DNA of 64,000 bases from an uncultured Muribaculaceae bacterium (GTDB taxonomy: Bacteria > Bacillota_I > Bacilli_A > RF39 > UBA660), in the NCBI GenBank assembly GCA_964616485.1, contig CAZTRB010000005.1, positions 11,592-75,591 on the forward strand, read 5' to 3'. The position numbers were made by a program, and so were the translations under genes. The notes under the pieces are model-generated. The model did no database searches. It saw only the letters and a program-made list of their open reading frames with translations, and was not told where the DNA came from. Below are positions 48,868 through 59,145 of the stretch, piece after piece (the first letter of the stretch is position 1; each line of letters opens with the position of its first letter).

Positions 48868-49482
48868 TTATTTTACTTCGGTAATATAGAGTTTTTCCTC
48901 TACATGGACAATGACTAAATCTACTTTAGTTGGATAAGATAAATTTTCGACATAAGTTATATCTACTGTCGTTTTAAAACACTTATCATCCTTTAAATCG
49001 TCTTTGATATAAGAACACTTACCTTCAACTAATTTAGAAGTAGCTTCTTTTACTATTGGAAGCTTTTGCTTTCTATCTCCATAAACATTATTCTCAACAT
49101 ATTTATAGATCGTATCTTTAGCTGCTAAAGAGAAATTATCTTTTGCCGGAACATAGATAAACTCTATTCCACCAATATCTGAATTAGTTACTTTGCTGTT
49201 TAAATCGTAAAAATCTGCTGCAAATAATTCACTTATAATCAAGGCATAATCTTCTTCGACAATAGTTTCATTATTTAAGACTTCTTTTAATTTCTCAAAT
49301 TTTTCTTTATATAAATCAGTCTTATTTTCGTATAAGACATAACCATATTTCTCAATAGTCTCTAAGACCTTAACTTCTTCTATTACTTCTGGAGAAGATT
49401 TGAAAAAATAATACCATACTCCTACAAAAGCGACTAATAAGACGATTAAAAATACTAAAAACCACATTACTTTTCTCTTCAT
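48868..49482 (-). CDS. hypothetical membrane-anchored protein (204 aa)
   Basis: N-terminal TM helix WFLVFLIVLLVAFVGVWYYFF; the remainder is predicted extracytoplasmic. Confidence 0.5.
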   Translation of the reverse strand: MKRKVMWFLVFLIVLLVAFVGVWYYFFKSSPEVIEEVKVLETIEKYGYVLYENKTDLYKEKFEKLKEVLNNETIVEEDYALIISELFAADFYDLNSKVTNSDIGGIEFIYVPAKDNFSLAAKDTIYKYVENNVYGDRKQKLPIVKEATSKLVEGKCSYIKDDLKDDKCFKTTVDITYVENLSYPTKVDLVIVHVEEKLYITEVK

Positions 49483-49483
49483 A

Positions 49484-51568
49484 TTAACTCCCTTTAATAA
49501 TATCTTCTTCGTTTACTACCGTTAATCTAGAATTCTTTATCAAGTCATATATTAGAATGTCATTAGATACTCTTAGTAACTTATCTACAAATTCCGTATT
49601 CTTAACGACTTCTTCTTGATTGACAATAGCGTTACCAAATACATAAGTCTCTTTTTTTCTACTGTTATAATACATATCTTTATTTAACCAACTACCATTT
49701 GGAAAAGGTACGAGGTTATTCTCCTTAACGCTGAATATATCTCTACCCAATGCATAATTATTATAAAAACCAAACATGTTTCCTAAAGTCGGCATTACGT
49801 TATACATAGCCATCGGATAACTAATTACTTCTGGTTTAACATCAGAGTCTTTAGACCATATTATTAATGGGACTCTCTTGATAAGTTCATAATCATACTC
49901 ATTGAAAGGTACATAATCAGGATCTTCTTCATCTAAAACAGCATCGTTTTCTTTATCATAGTTATAGAAACGTACATAGTTATCAAATGGTAATTTAGCA
50001 TCGTGATCACCATAGAGTACAATGACTGTGTTTTCTAACAATCCTTTGTCTTCTAATTCTTCTAATAATACTCCTAAAGCATAATCGGCATAATGAGCAG
50101 ACTTAATATAATTACCAAACTTAGTTCCTTCCATATAAGGATAAACGATCTCTTCAGTCTCACCAATTTCCTCATTATAAACTAATTCTTTTATATCGAC
50201 GGCAAACTCACCGTATTTATCTACTTGATTAAAAGGAGTATGATTGGTAAGCATGATAAGTGTCGCATAATAATTATCGTGCTCTTTCGCTATCTCTTCT
50301 ATTTTTAATACCGATTGTTTAAAGAAAGAAACATCGGATAAACCAAGGCCGATTATTTCATCGATCTCGTAATCAGTCTTTCCATATAAACGGTCATACC
50401 CCAAACTTTTATGCATAACTCTTCTGTTCCAATAGTCAGCATTATTACCATGCATCGAAAAGGCATAATATTCTTTTTCTTTTAATAATTTTGGTATAGA
50501 AATATACTCTTTATCGGCATAATTGCCAAAAGCCGTACCGACATTAGCCGGCATTAACGAAGTGTTAAAAGTAAACTCCGTATCACTACTATTACCTACG
50601 TTAACATGGGCAAAAAAGTTATCGAAATAAAGCCCAGAAGACGCTAATTTGTTTAAATTAGGAGTTACTTCTTCGCCATTAAATTTTAATCCGATTAAGA
50701 AAGATTGAAGACTTTCACCGTGTATAGATATTATATTCTTACCCTCATATACATTGGTATATTTATTACTCTTTTCTTTTATTGGAGTTTCAAAATATTC
50801 ATTAAAGTTTTTAAGGGCATTATCAAATCCAAAAAGAGAAGCAAATTTAGGTTCAAGGCTTTTCACCATATCATTTAAATGATATGGAAAGATACCAAAT
50901 CTCATAACGATGTTTTCCCTATTCCACTGTCTCATTAAAGTACCATAATCATTATCTCTTAATTGTAATAAGAAAAATATCGTAGAAAAAACTGCAAAAG
51001 CAAAAGTAGCTTTAGCTAATTTTTTAGAAGTCTTTAAAAACCCCGTATTTTTATAATAATCGTTTTTTAAATAATGACGATGAAAATAATATAAAATTAT
51101 CGGTGCTAATAGATATAGAAGATCTTTGATTTCAAAGACATTTTCTATAACGGCATCTCCGACAGCAACGATAAACTTCATCGTCGAAAGTTGAGATATA
51201 GAAGCGAAAGAAGTATAGTTCGTATAATAAGAAGAGTTAATTAAACAAATAAGAGATAAGATAAAAGTAATTGAAAACATATAAGTAAACTTATATTTAT
51301 CTTTTAATAGATAAGAGATTGAACCGATCAATAATATAAAGGAAAAGTCTCCTAATAGAGGAGAATAGTCTAATAGATTATCAATCGAATTTATCGTTAA
51401 ATATCTAAGTAACCAAGCATTAAAAACATTTAAAAAAACAAACAATACAAATAATTTATTGTTCTTTAAATATGTTACAAAAGAATTTTTAAAATTTAAA
51501 AGACTTCCTTTCGGATTATTTTTAAATGTATTATAATTTTTTTTAATCTTTCTAAATAACTTCTTCAT
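49484..51568 (-). CDS. LtaS-family lipoteichoic acid synthase/phosphoglycerol transferase (5 TM plus extracellular sulfatase-like domain)
   Basis: N-terminal polytopic region followed by the sulfatase-fold motif NVGNSSDTEFTFNTSLMP. Confidence 0.8.
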   Translation of the reverse strand: MKKLFRKIKKNYNTFKNNPKGSLLNFKNSFVTYLKNNKLFVLFVFLNVFNAWLLRYLTINSIDNLLDYSPLLGDFSFILLIGSISYLLKDKYKFTYMFSITFILSLICLINSSYYTNYTSFASISQLSTMKFIVAVGDAVIENVFEIKDLLYLLAPIILYYFHRHYLKNDYYKNTGFLKTSKKLAKATFAFAVFSTIFFLLQLRDNDYGTLMRQWNRENIVMRFGIFPYHLNDMVKSLEPKFASLFGFDNALKNFNEYFETPIKEKSNKYTNVYEGKNIISIHGESLQSFLIGLKFNGEEVTPNLNKLASSGLYFDNFFAHVNVGNSSDTEFTFNTSLMPANVGTAFGNYADKEYISIPKLLKEKEYYAFSMHGNNADYWNRRVMHKSLGYDRLYGKTDYEIDEIIGLGLSDVSFFKQSVLKIEEIAKEHDNYYATLIMLTNHTPFNQVDKYGEFAVDIKELVYNEEIGETEEIVYPYMEGTKFGNYIKSAHYADYALGVLLEELEDKGLLENTVIVLYGDHDAKLPFDNYVRFYNYDKENDAVLDEEDPDYVPFNEYDYELIKRVPLIIWSKDSDVKPEVISYPMAMYNVMPTLGNMFGFYNNYALGRDIFSVKENNLVPFPNGSWLNKDMYYNSRKKETYVFGNAIVNQEEVVKNTEFVDKLLRVSNDILIYDLIKNSRLTVVNEEDIIKGS

Positions 51569-51613
51569 CCGTATACCTCGCGATTATATTATAGCAAAAA
51601 CAAACACTTCTTT

Positions 51614-52450
51614 CTAGTTTTTATTTCTCTCTTCTTTGTTTTTTAAATGGTTATATGAGTTTAAAATCATTCCTAAAACAAAGATATAAGATAAGACATA
51701 AAGCCATAGCATTAAGAATAAGAGACTAGACATGCTACCATAGAAAGTCTCATATCCAGTGTAAAAATCAATATAATATGAGTATAAAAAAGTACTTATT
51801 ACCCACATAATAGAAGTAAATAAAGTCCCAGCATTTAACTCTTTACTATTTAATCTAATACTAGGAGCGATATAATATAAAAATTTGACTGCTAAATAAA
51901 TAAAGAGAAAAGAGATTGGGTATTTAAATAAATTAAATACTAAATAATAAATACTATCAGTTATATTCGTATTAGTTACGATTGATCCGATTATTCTAAA
52001 TATTAAGTTACCAAAAGCAGGCACCAACAATAAGAAAACGAATAGTATAATAAGAACGATAAACATGAAAAAAGACTTTATCTTTTTCTTTAAATAGTTT
52101 TTATCGTCGACTTTATATATAGAATTAGAGGCAATTATTATCGAGTATGTCCCATTAGATGCTAACAAAACGGTCGGTATTAAAACTATCCATAAACTTA
52201 GACTCGAAATATCACTCTTAGATACTCCTATGATTAGATTAGCGACATTAGTAGGTAAGTTATTATGAATAATAGTCGTCATACTCTCCGAAGAGATACT
52301 AAATTTTGTCAAAACAGCACCGAGTAACACCAGTAAAGGGACTAACATCATCATTAAATAAAAAGCCAGGTGAGCAGGTAAAACACTCATCTCTGGCCTT
52401 TTTATAAGATTATATATTTCCTTGAAAAAGGCTGTTACTTTTCTCTTCAT
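51614..52450 (-). CDS. YihY/BrkB-family membrane protein
   Basis: Six predicted TM helices. N-terminal IKRPEMSVLPAHLAFYLMMMLVPLLV is typical of YihY. Confidence 0.7.
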   Translation of the reverse strand: MKRKVTAFFKEIYNLIKRPEMSVLPAHLAFYLMMMLVPLLVLLGAVLTKFSISSESMTTIIHNNLPTNVANLIIGVSKSDISSLSLWIVLIPTVLLASNGTYSIIIASNSIYKVDDKNYLKKKIKSFFMFIVLIILFVFLLLVPAFGNLIFRIIGSIVTNTNITDSIYYLVFNLFKYPISFLFIYLAVKFLYYIAPSIRLNSKELNAGTLFTSIMWVISTFLYSYYIDFYTGYETFYGSMSSLLFLMLWLYVLSYIFVLGMILNSYNHLKNKEERNKN

Positions 52451-52462
52451 TTTAAGACCTTC

Positions 52463-54514
52463 TTACTTATATTCCTCTTTATCTTTACGCATTTCTAAAG
52501 TAGCTTCATTTATAGCATCATCAATCGTCTTTATCTCATCGATAATCATACTAAAACCAATAGCAGCACCAAATCCATAAGGAAGAGTCTTTAACTCTTT
52601 AGAAATCTTTTTAGCATAAGTAGTAACTTGTTGTTCACTGTATCCGACCAAATAAATTAAGAATTCATTTCCATCAGTTCTTATAATCTCAGTCTTTTCA
52701 AGCTGAGTATTAACTAAAATACTAGCAGCACCAATAATAAGCTTATCACCTTGATCATAACCATAATTGTCATTTACATATTTAACATTATTTAAGTCGA
52801 TTACGATTATACCTTGTGGATACTTATCACTATCATTCCATAGTTTTTTACTAAAGTTTAAGTAATTTCTATTCTTAAGAGAAGTTAACATATCAGTATA
52901 TTTACGACGCTCTTCTTTCTTAACATATTTTTTCTCTTTAAAACTTCTTAATATTAGAATAACGACTAAGATAGCTATGATAGGAATGATTAAGATAACA
53001 AAAAGTATTACATATAATTCTTCAAAAGAACTCTTTTCTAAAAGTGTTAGATTAAGACTGCTTAGACCTTCGTTACGATAATTATAATAAGAGTTAGTAC
53101 TTATTATATAGTCGAATATTTTATGTAAGACTTTATTGCTATCATCATTTTTAACCATAAAATTATAGTCTTTAGTAATCGTCGATTCAAATAAAATCTC
53201 ATAATCAGAAAACTTATTATTTTTGTAATAGTTATATACTTCTTTATCGACGACGACTAAGTTACCATTAGAACTCTTAAGTAGACTGTCTAGAGTTTGT
53301 GCTGGTACGAGAGCAGCTTTGCTACTATCTTTAAAATAATTATAAATAGCATTGTTTTCTAATAAGTATACTTTTCTACCTTTAGTCGACTCAAAAGTAT
53401 TAACGACAAACTTATCTTTAGCTTTTCCTAAGACGACATATTTCTCGATAAACGGAGAAATAGTAGGTACGTAATTACTATGTTCAAAATCATAGTAATT
53501 AAAGTAAATATCAACTTCCCCCTTATTAATAGCTTCTTTTAAAGCTTCAAGGGTATCGTATTTATTAAAAGTTATTACCTTATCACTCATTAATCTTTGC
53601 ATCCTACCAATGTATTCAGCAGCTATTCCCGACAATTCCTTCTTGTCTTTTACTTCGTAAGGATAGTTTTCTACATAACCATAAATATAGTTTTTAGTTA
53701 AAAATTCTGTCTTTTCCTTATCGTTTATATTAGCGGCATTAATATAATAATCTAAAAGCATCTTATTATATACCGAGACGTAATTGTTCTTCTTCCAAGT
53801 CTTAAAATATTTAGTAACGATCTCGTTCATTCTCGAATCATTCTCTTTATCACTTAAAGAGAGAACGATACTTCTACTAAAATCGGTAAATATGTATTTA
53901 ATATGAAAATCTTCTTTTAAAATAGTCTCATTCAGATACATCGTATTAGGAATAATAATCATATCGATAGCGTCTTTTTCATAATCTTCAAAAAGTTTAT
54001 CGGCTTCTTCATAAGTCTTATATTTGACTTGACCATAACTCTTTAAATAATAAATTATCTCATCAGAATCGTTAGCTAAAATTCCAAAAGTCTTACTTCC
54101 CACCTCATTAATTGAGTCATATCTACCTTTTTCTTTACCAATCAAAGCATAGACTTCTTCTTGTAAGAATAAGTCTTTTTCACTTAATACTTCTTTATTA
54201 GTTAAAATTCTAAATCTATAGCCTTTAGAATCGATAACACTTTCTTTTAAAAAAGGAACAACATTAAATTCAAAACCAGTATCTTTACTAAAATCATCGA
54301 TAAATCTTCTAAAAACACCGCCGTTACCAAAAACAGGATAATCACTAAGAATACTAAAATCGACGACTGTCGCTTGATTCTCCTTAATCCATTTATTATC
54401 CGCTACCGTAAACGAATTTTGGTCTTCCTTATTAAAATAATAATATAACGATAAGAATGTCACTATCGCTATTATTAAAGGTATTATAAATAACCATTTC
54501 TTCTTAATTTTCAT
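52463..54514 (-). CDS. membrane sensor protein with a large extracytoplasmic domain and a degenerate cytoplasmic GGDEF domain
   Basis: TM helix near the N-terminus and a second TM (LYVILFVILIIPIIAILVVILIL). C-terminal GGDEF-like fold carries RTDGNEF in place of RYGG(D/E)EF. Confidence 0.6.
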   Translation of the reverse strand: MKIKKKWLFIIPLIIAIVTFLSLYYYFNKEDQNSFTVADNKWIKENQATVVDFSILSDYPVFGNGGVFRRFIDDFSKDTGFEFNVVPFLKESVIDSKGYRFRILTNKEVLSEKDLFLQEEVYALIGKEKGRYDSINEVGSKTFGILANDSDEIIYYLKSYGQVKYKTYEEADKLFEDYEKDAIDMIIIPNTMYLNETILKEDFHIKYIFTDFSRSIVLSLSDKENDSRMNEIVTKYFKTWKKNNYVSVYNKMLLDYYINAANINDKEKTEFLTKNYIYGYVENYPYEVKDKKELSGIAAEYIGRMQRLMSDKVITFNKYDTLEALKEAINKGEVDIYFNYYDFEHSNYVPTISPFIEKYVVLGKAKDKFVVNTFESTKGRKVYLLENNAIYNYFKDSSKAALVPAQTLDSLLKSSNGNLVVVDKEVYNYYKNNKFSDYEILFESTITKDYNFMVKNDDSNKVLHKIFDYIISTNSYYNYRNEGLSSLNLTLLEKSSFEELYVILFVILIIPIIAILVVILILRSFKEKKYVKKEERRKYTDMLTSLKNRNYLNFSKKLWNDSDKYPQGIIVIDLNNVKYVNDNYGYDQGDKLIIGAASILVNTQLEKTEIIRTDGNEFLIYLVGYSEQQVTTYAKKISKELKTLPYGFGAAIGFSMIIDEIKTIDDAINEATLEMRKDKEEYK

Positions 54515-54525
54515 AATTCACCACT

Positions 54526-55269
54526 TTATTGAACATTCGTCCAAACAAACTTTGTCGCTCCTCTTCTTAAATAACCGATCATTGGAAATCTACTACCTTG
54601 TCGGCTTTTTATAGTATCGACACTAGCATCTATATCGCTAGCTTTCTTCGTGACTTTAAGACTACAAGTACCTTCGGTAGTTCCGTCTTTAACGAAACCA
54701 TATATCGTATGAGTACCATCTTCTTTTAAATCATACGTTTGTTTTTGATTATAGACTACTTCTTTTGCACTAGATAATCCATAAGATAATCCGGTTACAC
54801 GAGATAAGTCATTAACGAACCTAATCTCTATCTTATCGACAAAGTTACCATCTTCATCCATTTTACCCGTGGCCATTATCGTACAGTTATAGTCTTTATT
54901 CAAGAAAAACTCGATATCATAAAACTTTTTTTGTTCATCATTTAATACTTCCGTTACTTTAGAAGCCAAAGCCTTACCTGGCGCCATATCTGCAGAATCT
55001 TTAATCGTGACTATTACTTTTACTATTTTCCCACTAACATACGGTTTAGTAACTCTTACGACAATATCTTCTTTCTCAATTTCTGTCTTAATACTATCTA
55101 ATTGTTCTTTTGATATAAGCACACTCTCGATTCCATCAAGTCGCTCACCATAAACTGGCATCCCACTACTTCCGATAAATAAATTATATATAAAGTAGCC
55201 AAAAGCAATGACTACTATGTAAACTAAAATAATAAATACTGTTAATTTATGTTTTTTTATAAAATTCAT
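54526..55269 (-). CDS. hypothetical membrane-anchored protein (247 aa)
   Basis: N-terminal TM helix LTVFIILVYIVVIAFGYFIY. No recognisable motif. Confidence 0.5.
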   Translation of the reverse strand: MNFIKKHKLTVFIILVYIVVIAFGYFIYNLFIGSSGMPVYGERLDGIESVLISKEQLDSIKTEIEKEDIVVRVTKPYVSGKIVKVIVTIKDSADMAPGKALASKVTEVLNDEQKKFYDIEFFLNKDYNCTIMATGKMDEDGNFVDKIEIRFVNDLSRVTGLSYGLSSAKEVVYNQKQTYDLKEDGTHTIYGFVKDGTTEGTCSLKVTKKASDIDASVDTIKSRQGSRFPMIGYLRRGATKFVWTNVQ

Positions 55270-55351
55270 ACTTCACACTCCAGTACACTAATTATATACC
55301 AATTTAAGTCAATAATCAAATCTAAGAAGAAAAAAAAGCAATATTTTTTTA

Positions 55352-56767
55352 CTACTTTTCTAACTCTTCTTTTATTTTTGCCATCAACGTCGCTGGGTTA
55401 ACATTTCCCTTTGTTTCTTTCATGATTTGACCCATTATATATTTAAGCGCTCTCTCATTACCACTCTTGTAATCGATGACACTTTGTTCATTGGCCAACA
55501 ACACTTCTTTAATCATATTATCGACGACATCATTGTCTATTTCTCTTACACCGTGATCATCTAATATTTTATCAACAGAATCTGTTGATAAAAGTAATTC
55601 GTCCAATATATCTTTAAATAATTTACTATTTATCTTACCACTATCTAAGTAATCGACCGTTTGTTTAAATTTTTCTCTCGTTAAATTTGTCTTTTCGATA
55701 GTCATATCGTTTTTATTTAAAAATGCTGCAATATCTCCTAAAAGAAGATTACTAGCAATGACAAGATTGATGTCTTCGTCTAAAAACTGATTTAAATAGT
55801 CAGAGACAACTCTATTTTGAAGAATCTTGGCACTATTAATTTCACTTATTCCAAAAGCCAAATATTTTTCTCTTCTCTCTTCTAATGACATAGGCATCTC
55901 TTTTTTCGTCTTAGCAATATATTCATCAGTTAAGATGACGAAAGGAATATCCGGTTCTGGGAAATAACGATAATCATTACCCGTCTCTTTTTTACGCATA
56001 AGTATCGTCGTATCAGTCTTATCATCGTATCTTCTCGTCTCTTCTGTTAAGACTTCACCTTTTTCTAATAAGGAAGACTGTCTCTTTTCTTCATACTCGA
56101 TAGCTAATCCGACATTACTAATCGAACCAATATTCTTTATCTCTATTTTAGTTCCTAACTTTTCAGTCTTACTAATCGAGACATTACAATCACATCTCAT
56201 GCTTCCTTCTTCGATTTTACAATTGGAAACATCGGCATATATTAAAAGATTTCTAAGTTTATCGACATATTTAACAGCTTCTTCTGCCGAGGAAATATCG
56301 GCTTCAGTAACTATTTCTACTAAAGGAACTCCAGATCTGTTGAAATCTAATAAAGATCTATTATCGGAATGAATACTCTTGCTAGTATCTTCTTCTATGT
56401 GAATATCATGAATCCTTATTTTCTTTAAACCGTTATCCGTGTCTATTTCGACATAACCATCTACTCCGATAGGTGTTCTGTTTTGTGTAATTTGATAACT
56501 CTTCGGATTATCGGGATAAAAGTAATTCTTTCTATCGAAATGCATTCTCTTATTTATCTTACAATTAAGTACTAAAGCCGCTCTTAAAGCGAGAGCAACG
56601 GCTTCTTTATTTACTAAAGGCAACGTTCCAGGATAACCCCAATCGATAAGAGTAGTACTAGTATTAGCCATTTTCCCATAATTGTTAGCACTAGCCGAGA
56701 ACATCTTCGTCTTTGTCTTTAATTCGACGTGTACTTCGATACCTACAGTCGTCTTATAACTACTCAT
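55352..56767 (-). CDS. gatB: Asp/Glu-tRNA(Asn/Gln) amidotransferase subunit B
   Basis: TVIGIEVHVEL ... typical GatB sequence. AAGGAGGTG RBS precedes ATG 56767; overlaps the gatA stop by 8 nt. Confidence 0.9.
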   Translation of the reverse strand: MSSYKTTVGIEVHVELKTKTKMFSASANNYGKMANTSTTLIDWGYPGTLPLVNKEAVALALRAALVLNCKINKRMHFDRKNYFYPDNPKSYQITQNRTPIGVDGYVEIDTDNGLKKIRIHDIHIEEDTSKSIHSDNRSLLDFNRSGVPLVEIVTEADISSAEEAVKYVDKLRNLLIYADVSNCKIEEGSMRCDCNVSISKTEKLGTKIEIKNIGSISNVGLAIEYEEKRQSSLLEKGEVLTEETRRYDDKTDTTILMRKKETGNDYRYFPEPDIPFVILTDEYIAKTKKEMPMSLEERREKYLAFGISEINSAKILQNRVVSDYLNQFLDEDINLVIASNLLLGDIAAFLNKNDMTIEKTNLTREKFKQTVDYLDSGKINSKLFKDILDELLLSTDSVDKILDDHGVREIDNDVVDNMIKEVLLANEQSVIDYKSGNERALKYIMGQIMKETKGNVNPATLMAKIKEELEK

Positions 56768-58214
56768 TAGAAGCACCTCCTTTAGGATTTAAATCTAACT
56801 TTAGTTCTTTCTCGATAAAAGATGCCAATTTATAAATGGTCGCTTCATCGAAATCTTTTCCTATTATTTGCATTCCAATTGGAAGATTTTCTATGAAACC
56901 AATAGGAAGATTTAATGCAGGTATTCCCGCCATGTTAGCCGGCATAACTAAAACATCATCAAGAAACGACTTATTAGGGTCTTTCTGTTCAGAATCTATA
57001 TCATAAGCAGTAGTCGTCGTAGTCGGACCAATTATCAAATCATAATCTTTAAAGATATTTAAAAAATTCTTTCTAATATCATCTCTTATCTTTAAAGCTT
57101 TATCATAATATTTTCTAGCATTATCTCCACTCAATACTAAAGAACCAATCATAATTCTTCTCTTTACTTCATCTCCAAATCCTTCTCCTCTAGTCTTAGC
57201 ATAAAGCTCTTCTAAATCAGAAGGGTTATTATGAGAATAGCCGTATTTAATACCATCAAATCTGGCTAGATTACTGCTAGCTTCTCCCATAGCAATAATC
57301 TGATAAAGAGTGACGATCTCTTTTAAATGTTCAATCTCGACAAAGTCGATAAGACATCCTTTTTCTCTTAAAAGACTAACGATATCATTAAATTTATCGA
57401 GCACGTTTTTATCGACTATATCAGTAACAAAATAACTAGGAATAGCGATTTTCATTCCCTTTATATCTTCACCTATTAATCTAGTGAAATCATCTAAATT
57501 ATCTGAACTAGTCATATCGTTTTCGTCTAATCCCGCTATTACATTTAAAAAAGCCGCATTGTCATAGACATTTTTACTAAAGTGACCTATTTGATCTAAA
57601 CTAGAAGCAAATGCTACCAACCCATATCTAGATACCCTTCCATAAGTAGGTTTAATTCCGACTAAACCGCAGTAACTAGCTGGTTGTCTAATCGAACCTC
57701 CCGTGTCACTTCCTAATGAGAGTGGAACTATTCCAGCACCTACACAAGAAGCGGAACCACCACTACTACCACCAGTTATCTTCTTAATATTCCAAGGGTT
57801 TTTAGGTTCTTTAAAATAACTCGTCTTACTAGTAGAACCCATAGCAAACTCATCCATATTAGTCTTACCGATAATGATCATATTATTTTCTTTTATCTTT
57901 TTAACGACTGTCGCATCATAAATCGGTACGAAGTTTTCTAACATCTTCGAAGCACAAGTAGTTCTTAGATTCTCTGTACAAATATTATCTTTTATAGCGA
58001 TAGGTATACCGAAAAAAAGTGTGTCTACTTCTTTATTTTCTAGTTCAATAGCACGTTTTAAAGCCTCTTCCTTATTTAAAGTTATAAAACTATTCAAGAT
58101 AGCATTATCTTCAATGTTTTTAAAAGCTTCTTCGACTAAGTCTTTAGGAGTAATGATTTTTTCTCTTAACAATTTATTTATCTCTCTTATTTCAAGATTT
58201 AAATACTTACTCAC
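56760..58214 (-). CDS. gatA: Glu-tRNA(Gln) amidotransferase subunit A
   Basis: Amidase signature GGSSGGSASCVGAG ... GSDTGGSIRQPA. Confidence 0.92.
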   Translation of the reverse strand: MSKYLNLEIREINKLLREKIITPKDLVEEAFKNIEDNAILNSFITLNKEEALKRAIELENKEVDTLFFGIPIAIKDNICTENLRTTCASKMLENFVPIYDATVVKKIKENNMIIIGKTNMDEFAMGSTSKTSYFKEPKNPWNIKKITGGSSGGSASCVGAGIVPLSLGSDTGGSIRQPASYCGLVGIKPTYGRVSRYGLVAFASSLDQIGHFSKNVYDNAAFLNVIAGLDENDMTSSDNLDDFTRLIGEDIKGMKIAIPSYFVTDIVDKNVLDKFNDIVSLLREKGCLIDFVEIEHLKEIVTLYQIIAMGEASSNLARFDGIKYGYSHNNPSDLEELYAKTRGEGFGDEVKRRIMIGSLVLSGDNARKYYDKALKIRDDIRKNFLNIFKDYDLIIGPTTTTTAYDIDSEQKDPNKSFLDDVLVMPANMAGIPALNLPIGFIENLPIGMQIIGKDFDEATIYKLASFIEKELKLDLNPKGGASNE

Positions 58215-58509
58215 TTAACATCACCGGAACTTCCACAAAGTTACCACTAGCTCTAGGTACACTAATAATTACCTTTTTATAATCCAGCATATCTTTTACT
58301 TCATCTTCTCTCAAAGTAGAATCTTTAGAAAAAGGGCTAATCAATATATCTTCATCAGTCGCTTTAATATCTTCTATTTTAGAGACACTATCCATTATCA
58401 TCTTTAACTGAACTCTAAATTTTTCTATCTCTTCTTCAGTTAAATATATTTTAGCTAAGTTAGCTACTCTTAAAACTTCTTCTCTCGATAATTTTTCCAA
58501 AAAAATCAC
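58207..58509 (-). CDS. gatC: Glu-tRNA(Gln) amidotransferase subunit C
   Basis: ~100-aa protein immediately upstream of gatA and overlapping it; LSREEVLRVANLAKIYLTEEEIEKF. Confidence 0.85.
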   Translation of the reverse strand: MIFLEKLSREEVLRVANLAKIYLTEEEIEKFRVQLKMIMDSVSKIEDIKATDEDILISPFSKDSTLREDEVKDMLDYKKVIISVPRASGNFVEVPVMLSE

Positions 58510-58584
58510 TCGCTTTCATTTAAATAATATATCATAAAATCTAACAAATAAAAAGAGAGTAGTCTCTCTTTCGAATAGTTATTA

Positions 58585-59001
58585 CTAATTATTAGCATCA
58601 GAATATAAATTTATAAACCTATTAACATTTTCCCTATGCTTTTTAATAGCCATGTTCCTTTTCGTTACTTTAAAAGCTATCTTCTCAGATGTTTTTAAAG
58701 TAATCATAATTTTCTTATACCAAAAAAGACCTCCACTTTTAAAAGTAACGCTTTCTATATTATCATCGCTTATAAATTGAATCTTATCTGGTTCTGGCCT
58801 ACCACTAAATTGATTAAGAGGTATTATACCAATCCCTTTTTCCATTTTATTAATTAACATAGATTTTAACTTAGCGTTTGCAAAAACACCTAAAAGCAGG
58901 TGCTGAGTAGCAGTCGGCAAAATCATTCCTAAAAAGTAAATATTATCATTACCCCAAAAATTAGCATCTCTAAAAGCCTTTTCTATTTTTCCATCGTTCA
59001 T
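58585..59001 (-). CDS. hypothetical protein (138 aa)
   Basis: Monocistronic small ORF; no recognisable motif. Confidence 0.45.
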   Translation of the reverse strand: MNDGKIEKAFRDANFWGNDNIYFLGMILPTATQHLLLGVFANAKLKSMLINKMEKGIGIIPLNQFSGRPEPDKIQFISDDNIESVTFKSGGLFWYKKIMITLKTSEKIAFKVTKRNMAIKKHRENVNRFINLYSDANN

Positions 59002-59145
59002 ATATAACCTCTTTCTCTTTTAATTAATAATAGCACATGTTTAGTTTATTTAAATAGTAATTAACATTTTTTACATCTTTTAAATAACATATATGTTGTT
59101 AAAATATCGATATTGTTGTATATTTAATCTATACTAGGAGGTATT

